Source: the human T2T-CHM13v2.0 reference genome, Homo sapiens
NCBI RefSeq assembly: GCF_009914755.1
Contig: NC_060926.1
Length of the DNA stretch: 64,000 nt
Reading direction: 5' to 3' (one strand)
Shown here one piece after another: positions 18,174 to 43,573 of the stretch. The notes beneath the pieces are model-generated. The model did no database searches. It had not been told where the DNA came from and worked only from the letters and a program-made list of their open reading frames with translations. A program made the position numbers and the translations under genes. Each line of letters opens with the position of its first letter. Position 1 is the first letter of the stretch.

Positions 18174-18943
18174 ATTTTTTTTTTTTTTTTTTTTTTGAGA
18201 CGGAGTCCCGCTCTGTCACCAGACTGGAGTGCAGTGCGCAAACTCGGCTCACTGCAACCTCTGCCTCCCAGGTTCAAGCGATTCTCTTTCCTCAGCCTCC
18301 CGAGTACATGGGATTACAGGCACAGGCCAGCACGCCAGGCTAATTTTTGTATATTTAGTAGAGATGGGGTTTTGCCATGTTGGCCAGGCTGGTCTCGAAC
18401 TCCTGACCTCAGGTGATCTGCCCGCTTCGGCCTCCCAAAGCCCTGGGATTACAGGCATGAGCCACTGCACCCAGCCATGACTAAGCTAGATTATTCAGTG
18501 ATGGGTTGCACATGTTATTATTTGGTTAACTCAGTTTTTGCAGAATATATGTAGTATAAGGTAAATGAAACCTAAATATTTTTTAATGTAATGGATGTCA
18601 GTGCTATCTAGACAACTAGTGGTTATTCAGCTTTGCCTCTCAAGGCATTATTTTACAATATTTGAACTCTTGTTTCTGTTATAATACTTTTCAGAACTTT
18701 GATTTTTTTTTTTTTTTTTTTTTTTTTTTGAGACAGAGTCTCGCTCTGTCGCCCAGGCTGGAGTGCAGTGGCGTGATCTTGGCTCACTGCAACCTCGACC
18801 TCCCAGCTAATTCTTGTATTTTTAGTAGAGATGGGATTTCACCATGTTGACCAGGCTGGTCTTGAACTCCTGACCACAGGTGATCCGCCCACCTCGGCCT
18901 CCCAAAGTGCTGGGATTACAGGCGTGAGCCACCACGCCCAGCC
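18174..18943 (-). mobile_element. two antisense AluS (~18174-18476; ~18702-18943 with right-arm deletion)
   Basis: TSDs ATGACTAAGCTAGATT and AGAACTTTGATTTTT. Confidence 0.9.
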
Positions 18944-19625
18944 AGAACTTTGATTTTTTAATATCTTAAATAGAGTGTACTGATATCTCATCAGAAGCAA
19001 CTTCATTCTTCCTGTGAAGGAATTGATAGTTTTACATATGCCATGTATCTGTTCTGTTTCAGATTTCTCTGACTTCCTGATACCAGGTAAAATCACTATT
19101 GTTAAACCAAGGGACTGCAGCAAAGAGCTAACTTATTTCCTCCCATAGGAACTTTAGATTACCTGTAGTTGACAGTAGTGGAGCAGGTTTTGTTAGTCTG
19201 TGTCATAAAATGACACAGATTCTGACACATATACTTAGGAGGGCCTCTGTATTGAGTGAGAGTCATTCTAAAGGGGACAATGGGCTACTGTTGAGAAACT
19301 GAAAAAGCCTGTGCTTCTGTACTTTTATTTAGAGACTTAGGTAGTATGGAATGTTCTATAAAATTAAATATTAACTTCAAAAAGTTCATGACAACAGAAG
19401 GAATTAAAGGACAGAGCTTTCATAAACTAAACAATGAGAAAGGATGATAGCAGGCTATATGGAAAAACTGTATGTTATAAAACATTTTTACTTCCCTCGA
19501 CTTCTTATTCATAGTATGCTAATCACCAAAAAACCCTCTGTAGCATGCCTGCCACATAGATTATTATTAATAAAGTGAATCTTATGTTGTAAGAAACCCT
19601 GCTGTAAACTTACCTGTTTGACTTA

Positions 19626-19752
19626 AATATATATGTGTGTGTGTATATATATGTATATATGTGTGTGTATATATACATATACGTGTATATATATACGTAT
19701 ATATGTGTGTGTATATATACATACGTATATATATACGTATGTATATATGTAT
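19626..19752. repeat. (TA)/(TG)/(CA) mixed microsatellite
   Basis: ATATATATGTGTGTGTGTATATATATGTATATATGTG...TATACG repeats. Confidence 0.9.
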
Positions 19753-20331
19753 CTGTATTTGAAATACTGACCTTGAATCATAAAAGGCCTTTCGGTGTTT
19801 GAGAAGCTAAAATATATATATTACAGAAATGATTTTATCAAAAATAGATAGTAAATTTAAAAAAAACCCTGTTTCCTTTTTAAAGGGCTTACAGTTACGG
19901 AACTCTAGCTGGGTTTAAGTGAAGCCTGAGGCTACCACCCCCTATCCCTTATGTGAACCATTTAGGTAGCTTTGAATTAAATCACAAGAGTAGAGCGAGC
20001 AAGGGATAAGTATCAGCATCTTTTTACTGAAAGATAAGAGTGTCAGTATCACCATGCACAGTTGCCTTAAGCTTTGTTCATCTATACTTGCCAGTAGGCA
20101 TCCCCACCTCAGAAAGAAAAGGCAGGCCTGCAGAATAATGTCAGGCTACACACCAAAAAGTTCAGAGCTGGGTTTACCTTCCTGGCACCTAAATTCACAC
20201 TACAATTTTTTGTCAATATTATTATACTATCATGTTAAACTTTCATTTGTGAACCTAAATAGATATCATAGGTATCTCCCCCCATTGATTAATTCAGTGT
20301 TATGCTTAAAGCATCGTCATGCATGGAAGCT

Positions 20332-24402
<4,071 letters not shown>

Positions 24403-24454
24403 AGATGAAGAAAAAGTCTTAACGTAGTTGGACTTATCTCTTACTTTTTGATTT

Positions 24455-24455
<1 letters not shown>

Positions 24456-24494
<39 letters not shown>

Positions 24495-24530
24495 TGTGTG
24501 TGTGTGTGTGTGTGCGCGTGTGTGTGTGAG
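24456..24530. repeat. (GA)n(GT)n compound microsatellite
   Basis: Directly visible. Confidence 0.95.
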
Positions 24531-24539
24531 AAAGAGAAA

Positions 24540-25510
24540 GATTTAAGAAATTGTTTTCTACTTTAGACTCATAAAAATATTCTATATTGTCTTCTAGAGA
24601 TATTTTTCATTGTTCTTTTGAATCCGTCTTTAAACCATGTGGAATTGATTTTTTGTGTGTATAGGATATGGGGAGAGATCCAATTCTGTTTTCCCCACAT
24701 GCAGATAATCACCTGTTCAGCACCATTTATTGTCCATTCCCTTTTTTTCTCAGTGCTCTTTAGTGACCTTGCTGTTGTAAAACAGATTTCAACATCTGTT
24801 TCTGGTCTTTCCGTTCTATTCCATGGGCCAGTTTGTCTCTACCCTGGTGCCATTCCATCTTACTGTAGTTATTATAGGTTTATTATTTGTTATGGTGTTA
24901 CTTATTATTTATTAGTTTAGCTCTTGATATATAAAACAAGTCCCTCTATCTCATTTTTCTTGGGAGCATCTTGACTCTCCTTGGCCCTTTTTGTAACTTG
25001 CATCAACATTTGAGTCAGCTTACCATGCCCCACAAAAAAATTCTTTTTAAATTTTGGTTATTAATTGTATTGAATCCACAAATCTGTTGACATTTTATTA
25101 TGAACCTTCCAGTCCATGAAGTTGGTATTTATATTTTTTAAAGTCCTTTAGTGTCTTTGAATACATTTTTACTAATTTGCTTCATAAAGGGCTGCCTATC
25201 TTTGGTTAGATTTATTCATAGGCACTTTTTTAAAATGCTGTTGCAAATGGCTTATTTTTTTATTGCAGTAAAATATACATAGCATAAAATTTATTTTAAC
25301 CCCTTTTAGGTGTACAGTTCAGTAGCATTAAGTATATTCACATTCTTGGAACCATCACCACTGTCCATCTCCAGAATTCTTCCATTATCCCAAACTTGAA
25401 AACTCTCTACCCACTAAACCGTAACTCCCCGTTCTCCCTTTCCTCAAGCTTCTGGCAACCACTGTTCTACTTTCCTTCTCTTTGAATTTGGCACATCTCG
25501 ATGGAATCAC
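24540..25510 (-). mobile_element. old L1 (L1ME/L1MB) fragments
   Basis: L1 antisense motifs (CAGCACCATTTATTG; GTACAGTTCAGTAGCATTAAGTATATTCACATT; TGGCAACCACTGTTCTACTTT). Confidence 0.7.
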
Positions 25511-25517
25511 AAATGAC

Positions 25518-27583
<2,066 letters not shown>

Positions 27584-27796
27584 TGTATCAGTCATTTTAA
27601 ATTATTTTCATGTGGAGTATAAATCAGAGTAATGAATCCAGCACATGGCTAAAACTTCCCGTATCATTTTACTAAGTCATTTCTAGTCATTTTGGAAAGG
27701 ACATATGAGGTTAAATGAGCACCTGAAACATTCATAAAAATGAAATCAAGAGTGGCCTTTACAACTGGTAACTAAAGATATTTCTTTTTTTTATAG

Positions 27797-27964
27797 GTGT
27801 CAGCTGTGATGCATGTTTAAAAGGAAATTTTCGAGGTCGCAGATATAAGTGTTTAATTTGCTACGATTACGATCTTTGTGCATCTTGTTATGAAAGTGGT
27901 GCAACAACAACAAGGCATACAACTGACCACCCAATGCAGTGCATATTAACAAGGGTAGATTTTG
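27797..27964 (+). CDS. KCMF1: KCMF1 coding exon 2 (168 nt); ZZ-type zinc finger
   Basis: Polypyrimidine tract + TAG acceptor at 27794-27796 and donor G|GTAAGT. Translates (G)[55 protein letters not shown], a ZZ finger recognised as the KCMF1 N-terminus. Absent from the ORF track. Confidence 0.98.
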
Positions 27965-28087
27965 GTAAGTAATTAAAAATTTAATGAATTACATCATTTA
28001 GAATTTTATGTACGTTGAAGAAGTAAAGGCAAAGTGTTCTAAAACTCCCCAGCAGCATACCATAAGCCCCAAATTCATTAAACATGA

Positions 28088-29888
<1,801 letters not shown>

Positions 29889-30570
29889 TTCGTGCTATAA
29901 TTTCTTACCTAGCCCACACTTTTTGTCCTTTTTATTTCAGCCATCCTAGTAGGTGTAAAGTAGTATCTCAGGTGGTTTTGATTTATATTTCTCTGAAATA
30001 TAAATTATGTTGAGCATCTTTTCTTGTGCTTATGGGCCATTTGTATATCTACTTTGAAGAAATACCTTGATCCTTTGCCCATTTTTTAATTGGATAATGT
30101 GTCTTTGTTATTGAATTGTAATAGTTTTTTATTCCTTATGTAAGTTTTTTTATCTGATAGATGATTTGCAAAAATTTTCTCCCATTCTGTGGGTTGTGTT
30201 TTCACTTTCTTGGTGGTGTGCTTTGAAGCACAAAACTTCTAATTCTGATAATGTCCCGTTTATGTATTTTTTCATTTGTTGTGCATTTGATGCTGTATCT
30301 AGAAAATCACTGCCTAATTCAAAGTCACGAAGATTTAAACTTGTGTGTTCTTCTAAGAGTTTTATAGTTTTAGCTCTTACATTTAGATATTTGACCCATT
30401 TAGAATTAATTTTTATATGTGGAATGAGGTAAAGGGCCAACTTTATTCTTTTGCATGTGAGTATTCAGTTGTCCCAGTATCTTTTGTTGGAAAGACTATT
30501 CTTTACCCAATGCATTGTCTTGGCACTCTTGTTAAAAATAGGTTGACTATAAATGAGGGTTTATTTCTAG

Positions 30571-30774
<204 letters not shown>

Positions 30775-31278
30775 TAAATTTTTTGTGGAGATGGGGTTTT
30801 TCCACATTGCCCAAACTGGTATCAAACTCCTGAGCTCAAAGTGATCTGCCTGCCTCAGCCTCCCAAAGTGCTGAGATTGCAGGCGTGAGCCACCATGCCA
30901 AGCCTACATGTCTGTCTTTATGCCAGTACTACACTGTCTTGATTTCTGTAGCTTCATAGTAAGCTTTGAAATCAAGAAGAGTGAGTCTTCCAACTTTGTT
31001 CTTTTTCAATATTATTTTGGGTATTCTGTGTCCGTTTCATTTCTGTATTTTAGATTCAGCTTGTCAGTTTCTGCAAAGAAGCCAACTAGGATTTTGAATG
31101 GAATTATGTCGAATCGGTAGATTAGTTTGGAGAGTATTGCCATCTTAATAATATTAAATCTGCTGATACATGAACATGGGATATGCTTCCATTTTTGTAG
31201 GTTTTTAATTTCTTTTGACAAACTTTTGTAGTTATCACAGTATGAGTTTTGCACTTCCATTGAATTTATTCCTAAGAA

Positions 31279-31615
31279 TAGATGGTCCCCAGTTTATGAT
31301 GGTTCAGCTTATGCTTTTTTTATCTTATAGTGGTACAAAAGCAATATATGTTCAGTAGAAACAGAACTTTAAGGACATACAACCATGCTGTTTTTCATTT
31401 TCAGTGCGGTCTTCAATAAATTACATAAAATAGGCTTTGTTTTAGGTGATTTTGCCCAACTGTAGGCTTACATAAGTGTTCTGAGCACGTTTAATGTAGA
31501 CTAGGCTAAGCTATGATGTTTGGTAGGTTAGGTGTATTAAATGCATTTTCAACTTAAAATAGGTTTATCAAGTTTATTAGGATATAACCCCATTGTAAGT
31601 CAAGGAGCATCTGTA
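31279..31615. mobile_element. MER47A-like Tigger DNA transposon
   Basis: Terminal inverted ends TAGATGGTCCCCAGTTTATGATGG / CCATTGTAAGTCAAGGAGCATCTG. Confidence 0.8.
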
Positions 31616-32013
31616 TTCTTTTTACTGTCTTAAATGGAATTTTTATCTTACTTATTTATCTATCTATTTTGAAAGGTTCTCACTGCCACCTAGGCTGGAC
31701 TGCAGTGGTGCCATCATGGCTCATTGCAGTCTCAATCTCAGGCTCAAGTGATCTTCCCATCTCAGCCTTCCGAGTAGCCCACACCACATGCACATGCCAC
31801 CACAGCTGACTGAATTTTTAATTTTTTGTAGAGGTGAAGTCTTGTTACATTGTAAAGGCTTGTCTCAAACTCCTGAGCTCAAGTGGTCCCCGCCTCCACC
31901 TCCAAAAGCGCTGGGATTATAGGCATGAGCCACCGCGGCTGTTTTTTAAATTTTATTTTTGAATTGTTCATTGCAACCATATAGACAAACAATTGATTTT
32001 TTTTTTCATATAG

Positions 32014-32720
<707 letters not shown>

Positions 32721-33280
32721 CGCCAAGAGTTTTTTAGTGGATTCTTTAAGTCTTTCTGTACACAAGGTCATGTCATCTGCAAATAAAAATCATTTTACTT
32801 CTTCCTTTCTGTCTGGATGCCTTTCATTTACTCTGGATAGATCCTCCAGTAAAATACTAAATAGGAGTGGCAAGAGTGGACACACTTGTCTTGTTCTGAT
32901 CTTAGGGGAAAGCATCCAGTCTTTCACCAGTAAATGATGTTTGCTCAGTTTTTGGTAGATGCCCTTTATCAGATGAGGAAGTTCTATTCTTTTTAATATA
33001 TTTATCCCCAGCTACTCCAAATTCACCTAACAAGTCTTGTGCACCTAATAAATGGTCAATATATACATAATACATAAAACTTTTATGATCATTTAAATCT
33101 CCCTAAAAATGAATATGAACAAATCTATCACGTAATGAACACTTTCTTCCATTTTCTTTTCTCACAAAAGCTCTCTTAAATTTGGTGTTTGTTTTATGCT
33201 AAATAATTAAATAATTCTTTTTAGTGGCGTAACACACTGAATATACTTTAATTTTATTTTATGTTTCTGTCTCTCTGTTT

Positions 33281-33687
33281 TATCTTAGTATAAGAAAATC
33301 CTTGAAATTAGATAATTTCTAAAGGAAAGGGGTCTATTTAGCTCACAATTGTTGAGGCTAAAGGGGCCAAGATTGTTCAGCTTCATCTGGTCGACTTCAG
33401 GTGAGGGCCTCAGCTGTGTCATAACATGGCAGAGAAGCAGATGGGGAAGTGGGCATGTGTAAAGAGACCAAACAGTTGTAAGTGACAGACAGCCTCCCTT
33501 TAAAACAACTCACTCTCAAGGGAGCTAATTCAGTCCTGAGAGAGCGAGAATTCACTCCTGAGAAAGGTGTTAATACCTCTTAACAACCCTATCACCTCCT
33601 AAAGACACCACCTTCCAACACCACCACATTGGAGATGAAGCCACAGCATGAGCTTTGGTGGGGACAAACCATATTCAAACCATAGCA
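33281..33687 (-). mobile_element. MST-type ERVL-MaLR LTR
   Basis: TTTAGCTCACAATT...GGTGAGGGCCTC...AACATGGCAGA...ATATTCAAACCATAGCA terminus. Confidence 0.75.
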
Positions 33688-33807
33688 ATTACCTACTGGG
33701 AAAAAAAGACTTATTCCTTCAGATACACTTACGAGGTGAACAAATTATTCCTACAGACTAACTGGTTAGTTTTCCAGTAACCCAGTTGGGCAAAATATTT
33801 TGTGACA

Positions 33808-34829
33808 GGCCAGGCGTGGTGGCTCATGCCTGTAGTCCCAGCACTTTGGGAGGCTGAGGTGGGAGGATGACTTGAGCCTAGGAGTTCAAAACCAGCCTAG
33901 GCAACATGGTGGGACCCCATCTTTCCAAAAAAAAAAAAAAAATTTTTTTTTTAATTAGCCGGATGTGATGGCACACACCTGTAGTTCAGTTATGTTGGAG
34001 GCTGAGGCAGGAGGATCATTTGAGCCCAGATACTGAGTCTGCAGTGAGCTGTGATCATCCAGCCTGTGCGACAGAGTAAGACCTTGTCTCAAAAAAAATT
34101 TCTTAATGTTGTTGGTAGTATCTTAAGTTAGCATTTACAAAAAATGAATGTTCAGGGTCCTTCCTGCTCTAAAAGCAGCATGTTCTATAGACAACTAGCT
34201 ACATCTGGGAGTTCTCATATTGATCATGGTTGTCTGTTCTTTCCCTCTGAGCACATTTGTCCCTGTTACATGGTAGACCCTGCTGATTTTTACTGTCAAT
34301 GTCAGTGTTGCCCCAGTATATACAGATAAGGAAAAAATAAATTACAATAAAATTAGAGCCAGATGTGAAATGACCAATGTTTCAAATAAATGAAGGAGGA
34401 TGGAGTTGTTTGTCTCGTTCTCTCTTAAGGCTATATATGTAGTAGCTATCTGGGGAAGGAATTTTGGAGGAATAACATGGAGTCCTCATGGGAATAAGGA
34501 TATTACAAATGTAAACAGGTACCTAAGCACTCCTTGATCACGTGACGTTGTTGAATATTTTAGGCACACTTTCTTTTGGAGTGCAGTGGCATGATCTCGG
34601 CTCACTGCAACCTCTGCCTTCCAAGTTCAAGCGATTCTCCTGGCTCAGCCTCCGGAGCAGCTGAGATTACAGGCATCTGCCACCATGCCTGGCTAATTTT
34701 TGTATTTTTAGTAGACACGAGGTTTTACCATGTTCACCAGGCTGGTCTCAAACTCCTGACCTCAAGTGATCCACCCACCTTGTCCTCCCAACGTGCTGGG
34801 ATTGCAGGCATGAACCACTGCTCCTGGCC
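33808..34829. mobile_element. AluJ (+) ~33808-34098 and AluS (-) ~34575-34829 upstream of exon 3
   Basis: Alu consensus; TSD CACACTTTCTTTT for the second. Confidence 0.85.
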
Positions 34830-34923
34830 CACACTTTCTTTTTTACATTATTGTATCGTACGATTACATTTTTATATGTTTAAAAACTAATATTCCTCAA
34901 TGCAATTCTACCTTATTTTTCAG

Positions 34924-35063
34924 ATTTATACTATGGTGGGGAAGCTTTCTCTGTAGAGCAGCCACAGTCTTTTACTTGTCCCTATTGTGGAAAAATGGGC
35001 TATACGGAGACATCTCTTCAAGAACATGTTACTTCTGAACATGCAGAAACATCAACAGAAGTG
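34924..35063 (+). CDS. KCMF1: KCMF1 coding exon 3 (140 nt); C2H2/Di19-type zinc finger
   Basis: TTTTCAG acceptor and GTG|GTAAGT donor. Translates (D)LYYGGEAFSVEQPQSFTCPYCGKMGYTETSLQEHVTSEHAETSTEV. Phase matches exon 2. Confidence 0.98.
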
Positions 35064-36420
35064 GTAAGTGAAGCAGCAACCTTATGACTAAAATGATGTT
35101 GTAAAGTATATTATTTCTAACATTAATAAAGCTAGGTCACTGTCATCTGCTTCCTGCTCAGTGTAATGATACCGTTTGCATAGTTATTAAAATCATCTTT
35201 TAACAGCAAATTTTATACATCATGGGAGGCTGCATTTTTGCAAAATAATACCTCTTACTGTCCACACTGGGTTTCTTAACCTGTAGCTAAACCCACAGCA
35301 TGGAGTCTTGACCAAATTCAGGAGCCCTTTATTCAATGCATTGTGAAAGGTTAAAAGGATGGCAACCTGCAGTGCATCTCTTGTTATAGTATCCTTGCTA
35401 TCTGCTTAACTTTTCTTCTACAAGGAACTTCACAAGGAAATTTAAAAACCTTTGGTAGTATCATAATAATCCATTGTCACATCTCATTGTAGCATATCGC
35501 TGATCTTACCTGGTTTTCATCAGATCACATCTCTTGCTTCCTAGGTCAAGCTCTGGGGTCCCTAGAAGTTCTTCCTATCCTGATCTTTCCAGTGGCTAAA
35601 GGCCATGGACCCAGAATAATACACAAAGAAAGTCTTACCTTGAAAGCTTGTTGGATTTTTTACTTGACATCTGAGTCAGCATGCATCCACCTTCAAGAAA
35701 TGATAAAGTACACCTAAGAGTCTCTCCCCCACCTCTTTACCATTGATAATAATAGGTAAAGTGAAGGCTTTATATGGAACTATAGATACTGAATTGGGAG
35801 AATTTTGGCACAGTAATTGCATATTGCATCAACTAATAAGCCCGTAAATGTACTCAAAACAAATTAATTGAAACCCAGAGAAATAAAGTAGCATGCTCAA
35901 GGACATACAGCTTAGTAAGGGGCAGGGGTAGGGGCAGGTGTTTGGACTCAGCTAGAGTCCCTCTGGGTTCCAGAGTCTCTACTTAACTCTGCTACAGCTA
36001 TGCATATAATATAGGGTTACTTTTATTCCCACTGACACTGCTAGTTTGATGTTTGAAGTTGTTATAACATGTATAGTTCAAACAGTAGGTAAATTTATTT
36101 TTTATAGACATCAAGCCAAATTTTGCTGTCTTAACAGCTCAGAAATGCTCTGATCTTTTACCTAGGAGAGCCTCAGACTACTGTTGTCACATTTTATTAC
36201 TATTCTTAGTTTATTCTTTTTATTCTGTAAAGTGACTTTGCTTCCTTTTGGTACAGTATGAAGAATCCTAACTCAGTTGCATCTCCATGCTGGTTGATGT
36301 GGAAAACTTGCAGTCATTTTTCTTTGATTTAATTTCTGTTAAGTTTGGGTCCTTTACCTAAATACCATAACACAAACATGGAGTTCTTATTGTAAATTAG
36401 GCATCCTTAAAATCATTATT

Positions 36421-36714
<294 letters not shown>

Positions 36715-37671
36715 TTATGTATTATTATATATAATATATAAATATATTAATAAATATATAACATTAATTGATAATATTTATTATTATATTTTGTTATTAT
36801 TATCAGCCAATAGTCCCTAGTATAGTATTTTCATCACCCCTCAGGGGCAAGGCAACTCCTCAGTTTTCCACAACCTTGCCTCTGGTTGGTTTGCCCCATG
36901 CCCCCCCATCCCGCCCCTGAAAGTAAATACTCAAAATTTGTTGTTTACACTCTGGCATACCTGATACACAGTTTGAAAATTAAATACCCACCACCTACAA
37001 ATGCTATCATGGTCTGTTTCTTGTGAGTTGTGTTTATGCCTTCATTAAGTTTCCAGGCTTTTGGTACATAGCCCAAGGCAGTTGTCACTCTATTTTCATA
37101 TTGGTTTTTGTGGAATATTTTAAGGATTTATCTCTCCTCATTAGCCCTTAATCTTTGCATGAGTACTATATCTACATATGTTCCCACCCATACACCTAGA
37201 CATTTCAAAGTGAAAAATGGCAAGCAGATAAGAATCTTTAATATAAAAGTACAGGATTTCTTCAGGTCATGTGGGTCAAGTCCTAGAGGCAGGGCTGGCA
37301 TTCAGCAGGTACAGCCAAGTGTAGCATGCTGACTAGTGTCCATTCTGAAGGATTGGTGCCTATGCCATACCAGTTGTTAAGTGTTTTGAATGCCTCTCTG
37401 CATATATGTGAAACATACTATCAGCTCCAGTGTGCTACAGTTATATGTAAATGTCCAGGTGATATTACTGTGTGTCCCCTCTCACCCCTCAATGTTTTGC
37501 ATTTTTTAATTAGGGAATTCAAGAGTGATTTACATCATTTTGGTTTAGGGGATTATATCTACACAGCAACTTGCTATATATCTCCTTTTCTATTCCTCTT
37601 AACATATTCCTTTCTAAATGCTCTGTTTGCTATCTTGCTTTGCCCCACGTTACCTGCATGTGTCCTCTAGA

Positions 37672-37859
37672 CCAGGGTTCCCCAACCCCTGGGCCACGGA
37701 CGGGACCAGACTAATACCCGTCCATGACCTGTTTGGAACCAAGCCACAGAGCAGAAGGTGAGCAGTGGGCCAGCGGACATTACCGCCTGAACTCCACTCC
37801 CTGTCAGATCAGCAACATCATTAGATTCTCACAGGAGCGCAATCCCTTTTGTGAACTGC
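37672..37859. mobile_element. MER1 (hAT-Charlie) fragment
   Basis: CAGGGTTCCCCAACCCCTGGGCCACGGAC...CTGTCAGATCAGC...ATTAGATTCTCA...TTGTGAACTGC. Confidence 0.8.
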
Positions 37860-38802
37860 CTTCTGATTTCTTTGGAATTATTTTTCAGTGTAGCTAAATT
37901 ATATTAATACTATTTCAAGTTTTGTGAATTCCCAAGATGTCATCATACACATAAATTTTTGTACAAGAACCATGTTTAAAAGTAAAACATAATTGCTTTT
38001 TAGGACTTTCTAAATTACTTGTAAATGCTGCTCTTTAGAAGCCAGTGACAAATCTAACTTCAGCACTATGATGGGAGAATGGAATCGACAGGGAAAATAA
38101 TTTAATATGAAGTAATTCACAATTATAAGTTAATTTCACTTATAATTGAACACTTACTATAACTGTTCACTGCAGCAACAGAAAATTAGACTGTAATCTA
38201 GTTGAACAGTATGCTCACTCAACTCTTGAAAGGACCTTTATTTATATTGGCAAAATGGATGGCCAAGGTGCAGGTAGCTACAAGCTAGACGGTTCTACAA
38301 GGCCCAAAAGGAGTTTCTTGACCACATAGCATAGATCATCCACTAGTCCTTTATGTATATTCTCCAAGCAAAACTTGAATTTCAGTCTTGTATTCATTAT
38401 ATCTGCAGATTTTGTAGGATCAACTAATACTTTTAATTGGGCAGGAGATCCAAAAGCCTGAAGTTGTCATTGGCCGTGGCATTTAGTTAACTCAGTAGAA
38501 TGTCTTTCTTCTTCTTCTTCTTCTTTTTTTTCTTTTTTTGTATAAGCACTAAAGTATAATATGTGTCAACAGGTTTTGTATGATGGCTTTAAATTTAGAT
38601 GGCTCTTTTTGGGTCATCACTCTTCTGTGGAAAAACTGTTTTAAACCCCATTCCCCCCATTGTATTGCAGGTGATCAGAAAATCCCTTGGCATAATAAGC
38701 CTGGGTGTTTCTGTAGCTGAGTTCTAAGAGCCGCTCAAAAGCAGAGACGTGAATTGTACCCCAGTTTGAAGAAATAATGAAAAATACCAATTTAAAAAAA
38801 AT

Positions 38803-40967
<2,165 letters not shown>

Positions 40968-43471
40968 TAGCCTCTTGATTTTTCTATGCCAGCTGTCAAC
41001 CTGGGTGATCCTCCCACCACAGTAATTTCTTATCCTCAGTAATTCTTTATCCCTAGTAGTTATGGAAGTTTGGTTGGTTGATTGGTTGGTTTTATATTAT
41101 TTCTCTTTGAATGAAGCAGTTCTGAATACCTTCATCCTGCCATCTTAGCAGAATTACTGCAATGAAATAAAAAAGATTTTGAGTATAGAACCAAAGTCAA
41201 TACACGATAAGGAAGGATCTTGATTTTATTTTACATCCTTGTCTCGAAGGTGCTTTTCTACTTGTTAAATTATCTATCTTATTAGGACATTCTTTGTACG
41301 TTTGATGTCTCTGCTTCCCATTCTGTTTTCCTTCTAGGAATCTATATCCTTGTGGAGACTTTTCTCATCTACCAACATTTTTATGTCCCCTCAAGTACTG
41401 AAGCCTTTGCAGCTATCATTGGACAGCTCAAGTTGTTTATAGATTTTACCCGAAGGCCAATCTAAAGGAAAGTATCTTAGAAGAAAGATGCCTTTTCCTT
41501 TTGGTGGTTATTTTCTCTTTAAATAAAAATCTTATACAGCCTTATAATATTGTAATAAAACTATAACCCAGCACTTGTTAACTTTTTCAGAATGATGAGT
41601 CTCTAAGGTAGCTTGTTTTATTTTTAAATAACTGGAACTTGTTTTCTGTTTCTCCAAACATTGCTGGTCTTTTTTTTTTTTTTTTTTTTTTAAAAAAAGC
41701 AAGTCTGGCCGGAGTTTAAAACCAAAGACAAATCACATTGTCCTGCATCTCTCAAAGAGTTTACAGTTTAGCTAGGTAAGACCAGAAGCACGTGAAAAGT
41801 AAAATATGTATATCAGACATAACCAGGTAATGTCAGAGTACAGGAATGGTACAGATAGTAAAAGTTAAATCCCTAGTAAAGAGAGAGTGGATGGATAATC
41901 TGTAAACTTTGACACATACAGCTACTTTTCTGACAGAGGAAAGAATCTGACCACCTTCCTGGCATCTTCTAAGAAAGGCATAGGCAGGTCTATCTACTTC
42001 TTTTTCTCTTTTGCCTCATCACATTCCATTGTGACCTGTCTAGTTCTTCTGCACACTGTCATGCTTAAATGTTATTTCTCATGAACATATTTAGGTTTTC
42101 CTGAGGATATTTCTCAGAGTCCTGAGTCACATAATCAGGACAGCTGATTAGGCATAAGAGAGACTGATATCAAATCAGAGTTGAACTCTCAGGAGACTTC
42201 TGCTTTCTAGTTGTTAGAAGATGGAAAGTTATGTTTGTTTGGGCTTCAGGAATCAGAGCAGTTTGTTTTCCCTCCGTACCCCAGGATTGTCCTTCCAAGT
42301 CTCACCTTTTCCATCTCCCCTCATCTCCAGCGCTACCACCTACTCCCACTGTGCTGGCAGCAGACAATAAGGTTGACCAATTGCCTAGATTTTGCCTAAG
42401 TGAAAGAATTTCGGCACATGTACTGGCAATGAATCACATATCCTATCTTTAACCTTCTTATTTATGGATAAAGACACAAGTCTACAACTTGAACTGTGCA
42501 CTTCCTGGGGCTCCTTTTGGTCATGCCCCTTGCTTCAGACCTTTCTTCTTGGCCCTGTTCTTTAAGATTGAAGTTGTTCATACTTCAAGGCTTGGCTACC
42601 ATTGTTAGAACATTATCTGTCCATTTGAATTTCGGAAGAGTAAGGGCCTTTCCTCTTTAAAACGTTCCTCATTCTTTCTAGCCTTCCCCTCTCCTTCCCT
42701 CTGTTTCACCAATTCTGTTAACTATAGAAACCACCTTCCCAACCTGTCACCCGCTCCCCGAACTGTGACTGTGTACACACCATTTTATTCCTACTTTCTC
42801 CCATCTCTTGCCAAGAGGCCCATGGAAAGTTGTTCTACTACTCCTTGAGCCTGACCTGGTTACAAGCTTCTGGCCTACCACCCCATTTCTTCAGGAAATA
42901 AGGTTTAAAAATGGGCTTCCATACCATATTCCCCTTGGAAGTCACATTCATAAATTTATAGACCACATTTGCATATTATCAGTAATCATAATTTGTCTTA
43001 CATTCAACATGTCTGTTGAATGTTTGCACAGTTGCATTTAATCAGATCTCTGCTGTCTTATTTGGGAATTGGCTCTCAAGTATAGCTTGCTTTGGAGAAG
43101 TGTGCCATAGGCTTGTATCTGTCTTTACCATTCAAGACTGGACTTACACGTAAATGTGCACTAAATAGCACATTTTAAAGTTTTTTTTAATGGAAACTAT
43201 TTTGCTAGACCATACAAATGAATCAGGCAGGCTGTTAGAAGGCCCTGCCAGAGATCAAGTTTGGTGTGTCTGAAACTGTTGTGTTTGACCCTGAGGGACC
43301 TTGTGTGAACAGTTCTTGCTTAGGTTTCTACTGCTTTTCACTGATTTAGGATCTGCTGTGTTTTCTGTTGGTTAAAACTTGATAATAGTAAAACTTACAG
43401 CAGAATACTCGTCCAGAAAGATGTCTTATTGACGTTCATTTATTAAGCTGCTTTCTTTACTTCCATTTCAG

Positions 43472-43573
43472 ATTTGTCCAATATGTGCAGCGTTACCTGG
43501 AGGCGATCCTAATCATGTCACGGATGACTTTGCAGCTCATCTTACACTTGAACACAGAGCCCCTAGAGATTTA
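43472..43573 (+). CDS. KCMF1: KCMF1 coding exon 4 (102 nt); second zinc-binding motif
   Basis: TTTCAG acceptor. Translates ICPICAALPGGDPNHVTDDFAAHLTLEHRAPRDL and ends at the U12-type donor |ATATCCTTT. Confidence 0.97.

Noticed and set aside
34538-34546. E-box TCACGTGAC upstream of exon 3
   Set aside because: Isolated motif with no supporting cluster.
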